DNA from: Dehalococcoidia bacterium
GTDB taxonomy: Bacteria > Chloroflexota > Dehalococcoidia > DSTF01 > JACRBR01
Assembly (NCBI GenBank): GCA_035650575.1
Contig: DASRHM010000114.1
Span: 2,265 to 66,264 of the forward strand
Length of the DNA: 64,000 nucleotides
Direction of reading: 5' to 3'
A program made the translations under genes and the position numbers. Of the stretch, positions 19,722-29,503 are shown one piece after another (position 1 is the first letter of the stretch; each line of letters begins with the position of its first letter). The notes below the pieces were generated by a model, which saw only the letters and a program-made list of their open reading frames with translations, was not told the origin of the DNA and made no database searches.

Positions 19722-20312
19722 TCAGCGGATGCGCGCGCCGGCGGCGGCGACGGCGGCGAGCGCGCGGTCGCCGTCACCCGGCTGCAGGTCGACCGCGCGG
19801 ACCGCCGCACGCAGGATGTCGACCTCGAATCCGAGGCGGCGGGCGTCGAGCGCGGTCTCCTTCACGCAGTAGTCCGTTGCCAGGCCGGCGAGGACGATGC
19901 GCGTGACGCCGGCGCCGCGGAGCAGTCCTTCGAGCTCGGTGGGGCACACCGTGCCTTCGTGGACGTCGCGCACGCTGAAGACGGAGTACCCGTCCTCGCC
20001 ACGCGCGCCCTTGCGGATGATTTCGCGGCCGGCGCGCACGTCGAGCGCCGGGTGGAACGCTGCGCCCCAGCTGCCGGCGACGCAGTGCACCGGCCAGATG
20101 CCGCCGTCCTGCTGGAAGTGCGGCGTGTGCGGGGGATGCCAGTCCTGCGAGTACACGACGAGCGCGCCCGCGTCCGACGCGCGCGCGATCTCCTCGTTGA
20201 TACGCGGGATGATCTCCGCGCCGCCGGGGACGTGCAGTGAGCCGCCGGGATCGGCGAAGTCGTTCTGCACGTCGACGACGACGAGCGCGGTGGTGCGGTC
20301 GTATGCGGCCAT
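19722..20312 (-). CDS. pncA: Nicotinamidase / isochorismatase-family hydrolase
   Basis: MAAYDRTTALVVVDVQNDFADPGGSLHV...VAGLATDYCV (catalytic Cys in the isochorismatase fold). The 415-aa ORF is an over-extension; the ATG at 20312 fits. Sits 5 nt upstream of pncB. Confidence 0.8.
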   Translation of the reverse strand: MAAYDRTTALVVVDVQNDFADPGGSLHVPGGAEIIPRINEEIARASDAGALVVYSQDWHPPHTPHFQQDGGIWPVHCVAGSWGAAFHPALDVRAGREIIRKGARGEDGYSVFSVRDVHEGTVCPTELEGLLRGAGVTRIVLAGLATDYCVKETALDARRLGFEVDILRAAVRAVDLQPGDGDRALAAVAAAGARIR

Positions 20313-20652
20313 GCGTGCAGTGTAGGGGTTGAACGCGCGGGCGGGATTCGACGCGATTGCTCGGATCAGCAGGCGTGCCGGCCTGCCGGCCCGGAAACCG
20401 GGCAACGCGCGGCGGGCCAGCCGCGCGCCCTTCGCTCCCGGCCACGGGCGTTCGGAGTCGGCGAGGCCAATGTGCGGTCCTCCGGAGATGCGCCGGCACG
20501 AAGCGCGCGCGGGCGAGCTCGAACACGGCGAACCAAGCACCACATCTCCTACAGAACCTCCCAGCTCCACGCAGCCGGGGATCAGCGTATGCGAGGAACC
20601 AGGGTAGTGACACGCCGTGCGAGCAGTGCGAGGATCGCGCGAGGAGGAGTGG

Positions 20653-22347
20653 ATGGAGCGGCTGCGGGCGGATTCGCTGTCCGATCGCCAGCGGCGGATC
20701 CTCGATGGGCTCGTCGCCGGGAAGAGCAACGGCGTGCTGGCGCAGGAGCTGGGGATCACCCTCGACGGCGTGAAATGGCACGTCTCGCAGTTGCTCTGGG
20801 ACACCGGCTGCGCCGACCGGCACGCGCTGGCGGACTGGTGGCGCCGCGAGCAAGGCGCGGCGAAGCCGGCGTTTTTCTTCGGGCTACGCTGGCCCTCCGG
20901 CGAGTCGCTGGCGATGCCCGTGCACGCGACGCTGACGCTCGTGCTCACCGTGGCCATCGTCGCCGGCATCTACGCGGGGTGGACGTGCACCGGCGCATCC
21001 GGACCGCGCGCGACGCGGGTGAGTGCGCTCGGCAAGGTTGCGTACGTGCGCGACGGCGACGTCTGGGTGAAGGACCTCCCGGACGGCGATGCGCATCGCG
21101 TCACCGCGCGCGACTTCGGGGACGAGGCGTACGTCGCGCCGAAGTGGTCGCCTTCGGGCGCCTGGCTGTTGGCCTACAGCAACGCCCAGGCTGTCGTGAT
21201 GCGCGCTGACGGCACCTCGCGCCGCGTGTACGACGGTCGGTTCACGATGCCCGTCTGGTCGCCCGTCGCCGACCGGCTTGCGTTCGCGCACATGAGCGAT
21301 GGCAGCGGCACACCCGACGAGATCCTCGTCGAGGACGCGGAAGGGTCGGACCGGATCGTCGCCGCATCCGCAACGGCGCCCCCCGGCGAGCATGCGGCCA
21401 TTTCGGACGTGAACTGGAGCCCGGATGGGTTGCGCATTGCGTACGCCGAGCACCACTGGCGCGACACCGGGGCGAGCATCGAGCACACGTACGAAGCGAT
21501 CCGCATCGTCGCGGCCGACGGCAGCGCGCCGCCGGAGGACCGATACGTCGAGCCGGCGCCGCCGGAGGACGGGCTCGGCATCTTCGCGTACGACGGGCGC
21601 TCCGTCGCGTTCTATCGGCTGCCGCCATTCACTGCGGACGGCGCTGACGGCGTCCTGCTCGAGCTCGTGACGACGCCGGGTACGACACCCACGTTCTATT
21701 TCGAGTCGAGCCCCGAGGCACTGCTGACCCCGGGGCCACTGCCCGCGCCTGGCGATGCGAAGCCGGTCGCGCTGTTCGACCCGTCGCTGCGCTCGCCGGT
21801 GGTGCGAGGGGTGACCGCGATCACGGAGGGCGCCGGCCGCGAAGGCTGGGCCCAGAAGCGCGTCGCGCTGCTGGTCTGGGCATCGGGCGTGATCGCCGAC
21901 CTGAGCGATGCAGCCGTCGCGGCGATCGGCCCCGCGCTATCATTCGACAAGCAGCAGATCGCGTACAGCGCGATGCCTGACACGCCGGCGCTGTCGGGCG
22001 GCGACGATGCGAAGCGCGCGCTCGCGCAGCGGAAGATCTGGGTGATGCGAAGGGCGAGCGCCGACGACGCGCTGTACCGCGACCGGCAGCAACTGACGTC
22101 CGATCGGGCGTACCGCGACGAGTACCCGCAGTTCTCCGCGGACGGGCGTGAGATCCTGTTCGCGCGGCTCGATCGCGAGGACCACTGGTCGCTCTGGCTC
22201 ATGCCTTCGGGCGGCGGCACCCCCACGCAGATCGTCGACGATATCGAGTTGCCCTCGAAGGGCGGCGACGAGGCGTGGTTCGGGTACTACGGGGTCATCG
22301 CCTGGCACAACGTGTTCGACTGGTGGCGGCCACGCACGGGCGCGTAG
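20653..22347 (+). CDS. Membrane-anchored LuxR-type HTH regulator fused to a periplasmic TolB-like (PD40 beta-propeller) domain
   Basis: N-terminal LSDRQRRILDGLVAGKSNGVLAQELGITLDGVKWHVSQLL (LuxR/GerE HTH), one TM helix (ATLTLVLTVAIVAGIYAGW), then repeated WSPxG/DG...LAF PD40 motifs. Start is the ATG at 20653 (GTG at 20617 possible). Confidence 0.6.
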   Translation: MERLRADSLSDRQRRILDGLVAGKSNGVLAQELGITLDGVKWHVSQLLWDTGCADRHALADWWRREQGAAKPAFFFGLRWPSGESLAMPVHATLTLVLTVAIVAGIYAGWTCTGASGPRATRVSALGKVAYVRDGDVWVKDLPDGDAHRVTARDFGDEAYVAPKWSPSGAWLLAYSNAQAVVMRADGTSRRVYDGRFTMPVWSPVADRLAFAHMSDGSGTPDEILVEDAEGSDRIVAASATAPPGEHAAISDVNWSPDGLRIAYAEHHWRDTGASIEHTYEAIRIVAADGSAPPEDRYVEPAPPEDGLGIFAYDGRSVAFYRLPPFTADGADGVLLELVTTPGTTPTFYFESSPEALLTPGPLPAPGDAKPVALFDPSLRSPVVRGVTAITEGAGREGWAQKRVALLVWASGVIADLSDAAVAAIGPALSFDKQQIAYSAMPDTPALSGGDDAKRALAQRKIWVMRRASADDALYRDRQQLTSDRAYRDEYPQFSADGREILFARLDREDHWSLWLMPSGGGTPTQIVDDIELPSKGGDEAWFGYYGVIAWHNVFDWWRPRTGA

Positions 22348-22390
22348 CGCAACGGGAGGCCGGAGGCGAGCGCGACGTGCGGCTCCGGCG

Positions 22391-23266
22391 CTACGAGAGC
22401 ACGTCGATCTTCATCCGGCTCAGGCGCTGCGGGTCGGCGACGAGCTCGATCTCCGCGACCTTGCCGTCGCGCACCGCAAACGCAAAGGCCACCCGCGGGA
22501 TGCCGCCCGGGGCCCAGACCGCGCCGGGAGCGCCATCGAGGAGCGCGATCTGCGCCGCCTGCGCCTGGCCCTCGAACTGCCTCGCGACGGCGGGCGCGCC
22601 GCGGACCTCCGAGGTGATCCAGCCGCTGCGCGCACCCATGCGCAGCGCCGCGTCGTCGACGCGCAGCGTGACGTCCGGGTCGAGCACGGTGAGCAGCGCC
22701 TGGAAATCGCCGGAGCGCGACGCGCGGAAGAACGCCTCCACGACCTCTCGCTGGCGCGCGAGGTCCGGCGGACGTCCGGCGTCCGACGCGCCCTGGATGC
22801 GGCGGCGGGCGCGGCTCGCGAGCTGCCGCGCGGCGACCGGCGAGCGGCCCACGATGCCGGCGATCTCCTCGAACGGCACGCCGAACACGTCATGGAGGAC
22901 GAAGGCGACGCGCTCCGCGGGCGGCAGGCGGTCCAGCACCGCGTGCATCGCCATCCCGACCGACTCGGCGACCATTACCTCGCGCTCCGGGTCAATGACG
23001 TCGCTGGCGGGCTCGGCATCCGCGGGCAACGGGCCCTCGCGCCGCGACCGGCGAGCGCGCAACATGTCCAGGCAGACGCGCGACACGACCGTCGTCAGCC
23101 AGCCGCCAAGGTTTTGCACCTCGGCGGCATCGGCGCGGCTCAGGCGCAGCCACGCTTCCTGCACGGCGTCGTCGGCCTCGCTTGCGGAGCCGAGCAGGCG
23201 ATACGCCACCGCCCGCAGCCGCCCGCGATCCGCCTCGAAGCGCTCGGCCAGCCACGTGTCGTCCAT
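22391..23266 (-). CDS. ECF (sigma-70 family) sigma factor with C-terminal SnoaL-like extension (ECF41/SigJ-like)
   Basis: Region 2 (EADDAVQEAWLRL, GWLTTVVSRVCLDMLR), region 4 (PPAERVAFVLHDVFGVPFEEIAGIVGRSPVAARQLASRAR) and a ~100-aa C-terminal tail typical of the ECF41 group. Confidence 0.8.
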   Translation of the reverse strand: MDDTWLAERFEADRGRLRAVAYRLLGSASEADDAVQEAWLRLSRADAAEVQNLGGWLTTVVSRVCLDMLRARRSRREGPLPADAEPASDVIDPEREVMVAESVGMAMHAVLDRLPPAERVAFVLHDVFGVPFEEIAGIVGRSPVAARQLASRARRRIQGASDAGRPPDLARQREVVEAFFRASRSGDFQALLTVLDPDVTLRVDDAALRMGARSGWITSEVRGAPAVARQFEGQAQAAQIALLDGAPGAVWAPGGIPRVAFAFAVRDGKVAEIELVADPQRLSRMKIDVLS

Positions 23267-23346
23267 CGGTCACATTCTCCCGCTCGCGGCCGTCACGAGC
23301 GATGACGAGCCGGTCCGGGCATGTGTGACAGAGAGGAGATCCGGAG

Positions 23347-23742
23347 ATGAAGATCAAGCTCACCACCATCCACGTCGATGACCAGGAGAAGGCCCTGCGC
23401 TTCTACACGGGGGTCATCGGCTTCGTCAAAAGAGCCGATTTCAGCCAGGGCGCCTATCGGTGGCTCACCGTGGCCTCGCCCGAAGAGCCGGACGGCACGG
23501 AGCTGCAGCTCGCGCTCGCCGACGACGGCGCGGTGAAGGCATGCCAGAAGGCATCGTTCGAGAACGGGCGGCCGGCGGCGATGTTCTTCACGGACGACGT
23601 ACAGGCCGACTACGGCCGCATCCAGGCGCTCGGCGCCACGTTTACGATGCCGCCAACCAAGGTCACGGGCTCGACCATTGCCGTGCTCGACGACGGCTGC
23701 GGGAACCTCGTGCAACTCACGCAGCTCTCCTGGCGGGGATAA
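23347..23742 (+). CDS. VOC-family (glyoxalase/bleomycin-resistance fold) protein
   Basis: MKIKLTTIHVDDQEKALRFYTGVIGF... short beta-alpha-beta-beta-beta module, 131 aa. Confidence 0.75.
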   Translation: MKIKLTTIHVDDQEKALRFYTGVIGFVKRADFSQGAYRWLTVASPEEPDGTELQLALADDGAVKACQKASFENGRPAAMFFTDDVQADYGRIQALGATFTMPPTKVTGSTIAVLDDGCGNLVQLTQLSWRG

Positions 23743-23788
23743 GCCGACGGCACGGGCGGGCGCACGCACCTCCGCGTGACGGCTGCCT

Positions 23789-25582
23789 TCAGTTTCCTGA
23801 GGACACCAGCGGTTGCGGCTCGCAGCCGGCGCCGCCGGCGCCCGCCGGGCGCAGCGGCCGGCGGTCGAGGACGCGCGAACGGTCGCCGATGTCGCATCGC
23901 TCCATGCCGTCGAAATCCCAGCCAGCGGCGCCCGGTGCCAACGAGAACTTCAGGTAGCGCCCGCCGGGCTGGTAGACGAAGAAGGTCTTGGTGCGGGCCG
24001 TCAGTCCGGCGCCAAGCGCCGAGCGGGGGGCCGAACCCTCGAGGGCGACGGTCTCCGTCAGGGCGGCCGGGTGCGCTGAGACGCCGGCGAGCGCCGCCAG
24101 TGTCGGCGCGAAGTCGATGTGCTGGTAGTCCACATCGGTCGATCCGACCGGCAGGCCCGGCGCGTGGACCAGCAGCGGGACGCGCGTCATCAGGTCATCG
24201 ACCTGCCGCTCGCCGCGCGCGGGCTCGTCCTCGCGCAGGCCATGGTCGGCCGTCACCAGCAGCGTCGCCCGGTCGAAGCTGCCGTCGCGCTCGAGCGCGT
24301 CGAGGACCCGGCCGAGCGAGGCGTCCGCGTAGCCGACCTGCTGCTCGTACGCGGCGAGGACTTGCGGTCCGGGCAGGGTCGGCCACTCCGGGTGCAGCCA
24401 CGGGAACTCGTATTCGGCGTCGCGGGACACGCGGCCGTCGGCGGTGAAGATGTAAGGCGGGTGAGGGAGGAGCGTGTGGACGAAGTAGATCCGCCCCTGG
24501 CCGTCGTCGTGCGCGAGGTCATCGATGAAGGTGTCGAGCATGTCCGGCGAGTACTCGTGTACGGCGAACCGGTCCTCGCGCAGGGCGCTGCCCTGCGTCC
24601 GGCGCGTCAGCCAGTTGAGCGCGTCGCCGAACAACGGGTCGAGGTCGTCCGGCGTGGCGTTGCGCAGCCCCCGCACGAGCACCTCGGCGAAGAGCCGGCC
24701 CTGGTGCCGGTGCGACTGGTAGGACGCGCCATGGCACTCGTACTGGCGTCCGCAGCCCGGCGCGTAGATCCGCTCGATGGCCGCGGTCTGCTCGTACAGC
24801 ACGAGCGGCCGGTCGGCGGCGATGCTCGTCGCGCCATCGATCAGCGCGGGAAGCTGCAGCCACGTATGGAAGTAGTTCGAGGTCGCGTTGGTGTAGGTCA
24901 GGCTCTCGTCCGCGAGCCGCGCGAAGTTCGGGTAGCGCTCCGCATCGACGTGCCCGGAGCCGTCGAGCAGGGAGTCGTACGACAGCGCGTCGAAGACGAT
25001 CACCACGACCGGGCCGCGTCCGGCGTCCGTGACCGCGGCGGCGGGGGCGTCCGCGTACGCGTGGTCCGGCCGCAGCGCCAGCGACCACCAGTACATCGTG
25101 ACGAGCACGGCGACGACGAACAGATAGCGAAATGCCGACGCCGCGAAGCGCTGCCAGCGCCAGGCGGCGTACGCGATGCCGGCGATGACCGCGAGCCGCG
25201 CGGCGACGGCGACCAGCGGCTGCACCACGTCCGCGAAGTGGTAGCCGCGCTCGGCGCCCCAGAGGTGCAGTTCGAGGCGCTGGGCGACGAGCACGCACGC
25301 GACGGCGACGGCGGCGGCGCGGAAGTTGCGGGCGGCGCCGGCGCCCCACGCGCGGGCGATCGCGCGGTCCGCGGCGTACACGGCGAGGGTGAACAGCGCA
25401 TAGAAGGCGACGAGCGTGACGCGCAGGCTCGCCGGAAACACGACGACGTCCCGCGCCGGCAGCGCGTCGACGATCAGGCTCATGACGGAGAAGTGGATAG
25501 CGCTGGCGTAGAGCGCAAGGTCGAGCGCTTCGGGGAGGGCGCGCCGGACGCCCGCCGCGACGGCACGCTCGGCGCTACCCAT
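23789..25582 (-). CDS. Membrane-anchored sulfatase/alkaline-phosphatase-superfamily transferase (LTA-synthase / phosphoethanolamine-transferase-like)
   Basis: About five N-terminal TM helices followed by GPVVVIVFDALSYD...LVTADHGL (metal-binding Asp and DHG motifs of the sulfatase fold). Confidence 0.65.
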   Translation of the reverse strand: MGSAERAVAAGVRRALPEALDLALYASAIHFSVMSLIVDALPARDVVVFPASLRVTLVAFYALFTLAVYAADRAIARAWGAGAARNFRAAAVAVACVLVAQRLELHLWGAERGYHFADVVQPLVAVAARLAVIAGIAYAAWRWQRFAASAFRYLFVVAVLVTMYWWSLALRPDHAYADAPAAAVTDAGRGPVVVIVFDALSYDSLLDGSGHVDAERYPNFARLADESLTYTNATSNYFHTWLQLPALIDGATSIAADRPLVLYEQTAAIERIYAPGCGRQYECHGASYQSHRHQGRLFAEVLVRGLRNATPDDLDPLFGDALNWLTRRTQGSALREDRFAVHEYSPDMLDTFIDDLAHDDGQGRIYFVHTLLPHPPYIFTADGRVSRDAEYEFPWLHPEWPTLPGPQVLAAYEQQVGYADASLGRVLDALERDGSFDRATLLVTADHGLREDEPARGERQVDDLMTRVPLLVHAPGLPVGSTDVDYQHIDFAPTLAALAGVSAHPAALTETVALEGSAPRSALGAGLTARTKTFFVYQPGGRYLKFSLAPGAAGWDFDGMERCDIGDRSRVLDRRPLRPAGAGGAGCEPQPLVSSGN

Positions 25583-26987
25583 GGCGTTCGAGGTGGTAGA
25601 GCACGCGGCTCGTGTCCGGCACGGCGGCGCGCTCGGCGATGATCCAGTGCTCGGCGAGCGCGGACTCGAACGCCTCGATCGTATAGCCGCCGTAGACGTC
25701 CTTCCGGGTGAGCAGCAGGCGCTGCACCATCGGGTCGGCCTTCGGGACGAACTCGACGATCGCGGAGCGCCCCACGGACGCCAACCAGGCGGCGAATCGC
25801 GGCAGCGGGACGTTGCCGGAGATCGCGATGTGGTGCACGAGCGCGAGCGCGAGCACGACGTCCGCCGGGCCGCGCTCGGCCAGCCCCTGCCGCTCCGCCT
25901 GCGCCCAGCCCTGATTTGGCGAAGGATTCAGCAGGTCCATGACGAGCGGGTGCACGTTCGGCGCGGCCTCGCGTGCCCGTTCGAACAGCAGGTCGATGCT
26001 GGCCTCGTCGCCGTCGATCGCGACGACGTGCTGCGCCGTCTTCGCGGCGAGCAGCGAGAAACGGCCGGTGTTGCAGCCGAGATCCCACAGCATCGACGGC
26101 CGCGCGCGGTCCACCACCTCCGCCACGAACCGCTCGCGGAATGCGACGGCGGCGGGCGAGTAATGCGCGCGGTCGTCCTCGTAGCCGGACCACGCGGACC
26201 GCCGCTTTCGGCGCGGCAGCTTCTCGACGGTCTTGCGGGCGCGCGAGACCATGCCGCGGACGGCTGTGTCGGGGATCGCACGCTCGCGGGCGCTTCGGAG
26301 CGCCTGCTCGTTAGCGGCGAAGCGGCGTGTGAGCATCGACTGCAGGACGACGTCGACGAAGACGGACGGCCGCAGCTTCGCGCGCAACGGCAGCAGACGC
26401 CGGACCACCTCCGTGTCGAGCCCGTCGATCGCGCTCCGCAGCCACGGTTGGAACGGGACGCCGCCGTATGCCTGGAGGTACAGCGGGTTCAGGAAGAGGC
26501 GGCAGAACTGTCCGTATGCGCGCCAGCCCTCGCCGGCCGCGTACGGTTCGAACGACCCGAAGTCGATGAAGGTCGGGCGCGCGCCGCGGAACTGCACGTT
26601 GTACGACGTCGCGTCCTTCACCATGTGACCGTTCGCGAACGACGCTTCGACCAGCTCGAGCTGCAGCAGGGCGGCTGCGCGCAGCATCTCGAACGACCAC
26701 TCGTACGGGTAGGAGATGAAGGGCAGGCGCGGGTGCTCGAAGGCGGCGGTAATCCCGGGGAGCGCGCGGTAGAGCCCGGGCGCGTCTTCGCGTGCCAGTG
26801 GTGTCGTGCGCTCGACCTTCTCTTCGGCGATCAGCGCCGAGAACCACGGCGCGGCGAGCACTCCGGCGAGCGCGGGGCCAGCTTCGCCAACGGCGTACCG
26901 GAGCACGCGGTCGCCGTCGAGGACGACGCCGCTACTCGGATCGCGAAAGGAGCTCGGCTCGAATGCCAGCGGGGTGGAGACGACCAT
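25575..26987 (-). CDS. Two-domain protein with C-terminal class I SAM-dependent methyltransferase domain
   Basis: Motif I MLWDLGCNTGRFSLLAAK...VVAIDGDEAS; the N-terminal ~250 aa are uncharacterised. Overlaps the sulfatase-like gene start by 8 nt. Confidence 0.6.
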   Translation of the reverse strand: MVVSTPLAFEPSSFRDPSSGVVLDGDRVLRYAVGEAGPALAGVLAAPWFSALIAEEKVERTTPLAREDAPGLYRALPGITAAFEHPRLPFISYPYEWSFEMLRAAALLQLELVEASFANGHMVKDATSYNVQFRGARPTFIDFGSFEPYAAGEGWRAYGQFCRLFLNPLYLQAYGGVPFQPWLRSAIDGLDTEVVRRLLPLRAKLRPSVFVDVVLQSMLTRRFAANEQALRSARERAIPDTAVRGMVSRARKTVEKLPRRKRRSAWSGYEDDRAHYSPAAVAFRERFVAEVVDRARPSMLWDLGCNTGRFSLLAAKTAQHVVAIDGDEASIDLLFERAREAAPNVHPLVMDLLNPSPNQGWAQAERQGLAERGPADVVLALALVHHIAISGNVPLPRFAAWLASVGRSAIVEFVPKADPMVQRLLLTRKDVYGGYTIEAFESALAEHWIIAERAAVPDTSRVLYHLERHG

Positions 26988-27200
26988 CTACGCCGCGCGG
27001 CTGATATCGGAAGCGGGGTCCGCGGAGTCCCCGTCCGCAACGGCCGTGGCATCCTCGCTCGCGGTCGTGCGACCGCGCCGGAACAGGACATCCGCGATGC
27101 GCTTCGCTGCGAGCTTGAAGAACACGACGAAGCCCAGGGCGCCGCTGAAGAGCACCTGCACCATCATCCCCCCGGTGCCGGCATCGATGTACAGAAGCAT
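26988..27200 (-). CDS. Small hypothetical membrane protein (70 aa)
   Basis: Single hydrophobic helix VQVLFSGALGFVVFFKLAA; GAGGG-like RBS; the stop abuts the start of the downstream methyltransferase. No homology recognised. Confidence 0.25.
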   Translation of the reverse strand: MLLYIDAGTGGMMVQVLFSGALGFVVFFKLAAKRIADVLFRRGRTTASEDATAVADGDSADPASDISRAA

Positions 27201-27418
27201 GGCGTACCCTCGCTTGCGCTCAGTCCCGCGGCGATGCTCGCCTAACGAGGTATCGTCAGAAGCGGCTGGGTCTTGACGGCGCAGGGCGAGAATCGGGGAA
27301 ACCCCGGACGCGGCGCGGCGCCGCCGCGGGCGGCGTCACGCGTGCGGTGCGCTCCAGCCTCGCCGGCAGGAGCGCGGACCGCAGGTGATCCGCGGGGGCA
27401 TTGGGCCGGAGGGCGGCG

Positions 27419-28204
27419 CTATGCGTTGCGGATGCTCATCCCGCCGTCGACGACGAGGTACGCGCCGGTGATGAAGCTCGCCGCCGGCAAGACGAGGCTG
27501 AGTGTCGCGTGCGCGACCTCCTCCGGCTCGCCGTAGCGCTTCAGGGCGACGCGCCGCTTCGCGTAGATGGTCTTGTGCTCCTCCGGGATCGGCGCCGTCA
27601 TCGCCGTTCGGATCGGGCCGGGGCAGACGGCGTTGACGTTGATCCCGCGCGGGCCCAGCTCGACCGCCATCGAGCGCGTGAGGCCGATGACGCCGTGCTT
27701 CGCGACGGTGTACGGGCTGCCGCCGCCGGTCGCGCCGAGCGCCTCCGTCGACGCGATGTTCACGACGCGCCCTTCGCCGTTGCGCGCGAGGTCGGCGGCG
27801 CACGCGCGGATCAGGCGCGCCTGCGCGGTGAGGTTCACGGCGAGCGTCAGCTCCCACGCCTTCTCCCACGCGTCATGGTCGATCGGCGCGGGGGCGGAGA
27901 GGCCGGCGTTGTTCACGAGGATGTCGACCGGCCCGACCTCGGCGCGGATGCGGTCGACCAGCGCCGGGATGGCGGCGCCGTCCGCGAGGTCCGCGGCGTA
28001 GGCGCGGGCACTGCCGCCCGCGGCGTTCACCTCGCCTGCGGCGGCCGTGACGCCCTCCGCGTTGCGGTCGATGAGCGCGAGGCGGGCGCCGGCATCGGCG
28101 AAGACGTAGGCGGTGGCGCGCCCCATGCCGCTGGCGGCGCCGGTGATGATGGCGACGCGGCCCTCGATCGACCGGCTGAGCTTGCTGAGCTTGGTGTTCG
28201 GCAT
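27419..28204 (-). CDS. SDR-family oxidoreductase (3-oxoacyl-ACP-reductase-like)
   Basis: GRVAIITGAASGMGRATA (TGxxxGxG), NNAG, S...YxxxK (PYTVAKHGV). Confidence 0.85.
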   Translation of the reverse strand: MPNTKLSKLSRSIEGRVAIITGAASGMGRATAYVFADAGARLALIDRNAEGVTAAAGEVNAAGGSARAYAADLADGAAIPALVDRIRAEVGPVDILVNNAGLSAPAPIDHDAWEKAWELTLAVNLTAQARLIRACAADLARNGEGRVVNIASTEALGATGGGSPYTVAKHGVIGLTRSMAVELGPRGINVNAVCPGPIRTAMTAPIPEEHKTIYAKRRVALKRYGEPEEVAHATLSLVLPAASFITGAYLVVDGGMSIRNA

Positions 28205-28230
28205 GCGGGAGGACTATAGAGCGCCGGCCC

Positions 28231-28369
28231 GCGGGCGGCCAGCGCCGGCGCTGCGATGGCGCCGGCCCTCCGGAGCGGGTGCGCGGGGGCGCCGTGCGTC
28301 GTACAGGCCTGGATGGAGATGGCTGTGGAGCGGGAGACGAGACTCGAACTCGCGACACTCTGCTTGGGA
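28231..28369. repeat. Left 139-bp direct repeat of the island (attL-like); 28325..28369 is a 45-nt copy of the 3' part (anticodon loop to CCA) of tRNA-Gly on the minus strand
   Basis: Ungapped alignment with 44831..44969 (offset exactly 16600 nt), 129/139 identical. The 5' half of the tRNA is absent here, so this is a displaced tRNA 3' fragment plus its 94-nt downstream flank. Confidence 0.85.
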
Positions 28370-28594
28370 ACAAGCTAGGGCTTCTGCAAGCTGCTCCAGA
28401 TTCGAAGTTGGCCCCGAAACCGATGCAAGCTGCACCTAATTGGGCGCACATCTCGCGGCCGGGTTCGGCACGCTGCCGAACGTCATGCTATCGCAGAAAA
28501 CGCTCAGCGGATCGCATCGTTTCTAGCGCAATCACCGCCTGACTTAGGCGCCGCTAACACGCGCGGCCCGACACATCAATGTGCATCGCAGCAG

Positions 28595-29503
28595 TCAGGG
28601 CCGAACCGCGACGGGGGTCGCCTCGACGGCGAGCGCGTTAAACCCGTCCCGTGACCAGAACACGCGCCCGGCACCGAGCCGCTGCTCCAGCGCGTCGTAA
28701 AGACGCTCCGCTGCGCTGATGTCCTGCCAGTCTCCCCAGCCGAGTTCTGCAAAACGCGCTGGGAGCGGGCGGTGACGCGTGCGCTTGCCGTTGGAGCCAT
28801 CGCCGAAGAACGTATCGACGATCACGCGATCTGCGGCGGATTCCAGTGCATCGGCGAAACGCTCGAGCGAGTGAGGAAGCGTCGGACTGACGGCGGCCTG
28901 CACATGGATCCCCAGCGCACGAGCCTGGCGCATGGTCGTGAGCCGACGTTCGACGCTTGGGCATGTAGGTGTGAGCGCTCGCCGCACGGCATCATCATCT
29001 GTCTCAACGGTCATCGAGAGCCAGGCGAATGGCATCTCGGCGAGAAGGTCGAAGTCCTCCTCGACGAAGGGAGAGCGGGTCTGAACCACGAGCACACCGA
29101 TCGGGTGCTCGTGGAACACCTCAAGGATAGAGCGCGTGATCCGGAGCTTCGCCTCCGCTGGCTGATAGGGATCCGTCGCGGAGCTCATGAAGACGCGCAC
29201 GGACTTTGGGTCGCTGAGGACTCCAAGGTCTCGGCGAAGCGCCTCGGCGGCGTTCGCCTTGGCGCGCAGCCACTTCCCCCAGGGCTTGCCAGCGTAGAGG
29301 CCGATCGGCGACTCCGCGACGTAGCAGTAGACGCCGCAGCCGCCGTCGCCGAACGCGCATCCCATGTACGGGTTCAGGGTATGCGTGAACGCGTACAGGA
29401 ACCCGCTTGCGGGCGTGAGCACGCGGCTCGTGCGAACCAGTTCGGGCTGGAGCAACGCTGGACCTCGACAATGACCCATAGCACGGATGTTCTTCTTGGT
29501 CAA
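28595..29503 (-). CDS. Putative radical-SAM-related Fe-S protein of the SplB/COG1533 (DNA-photolyase-like) family
   Basis: Cys cluster MGCAFGDGGCGVYCYV near the N-terminus, followed by a TIM-barrel-like series (VRVFMSSATDPYQP, LSMTVETDD, VQAAVSPTLP) resembling SPL-family proteins. Cys spacing C-x6-C-x3-C is atypical. Confidence 0.45.
   Translation of the reverse strand: MTKKNIRAMGHCRGPALLQPELVRTSRVLTPASGFLYAFTHTLNPYMGCAFGDGGCGVYCYVAESPIGLYAGKPWGKWLRAKANAAEALRRDLGVLSDPKSVRVFMSSATDPYQPAEAKLRITRSILEVFHEHPIGVLVVQTRSPFVEEDFDLLAEMPFAWLSMTVETDDDAVRRALTPTCPSVERRLTTMRQARALGIHVQAAVSPTLPHSLERFADALESAADRVIVDTFFGDGSNGKRTRHRPLPARFAELGWGDWQDISAAERLYDALEQRLGAGRVFWSRDGFNALAVEATPVAVRP

Noticed and set aside
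19722-20969. 415-aa ORF extending pncA upstream
   Set aside because: Only the last 197 aa (from MAAYDRT) look like an isochorismatase-family protein; the extension is Cys/Ser/Arg-rich noise.
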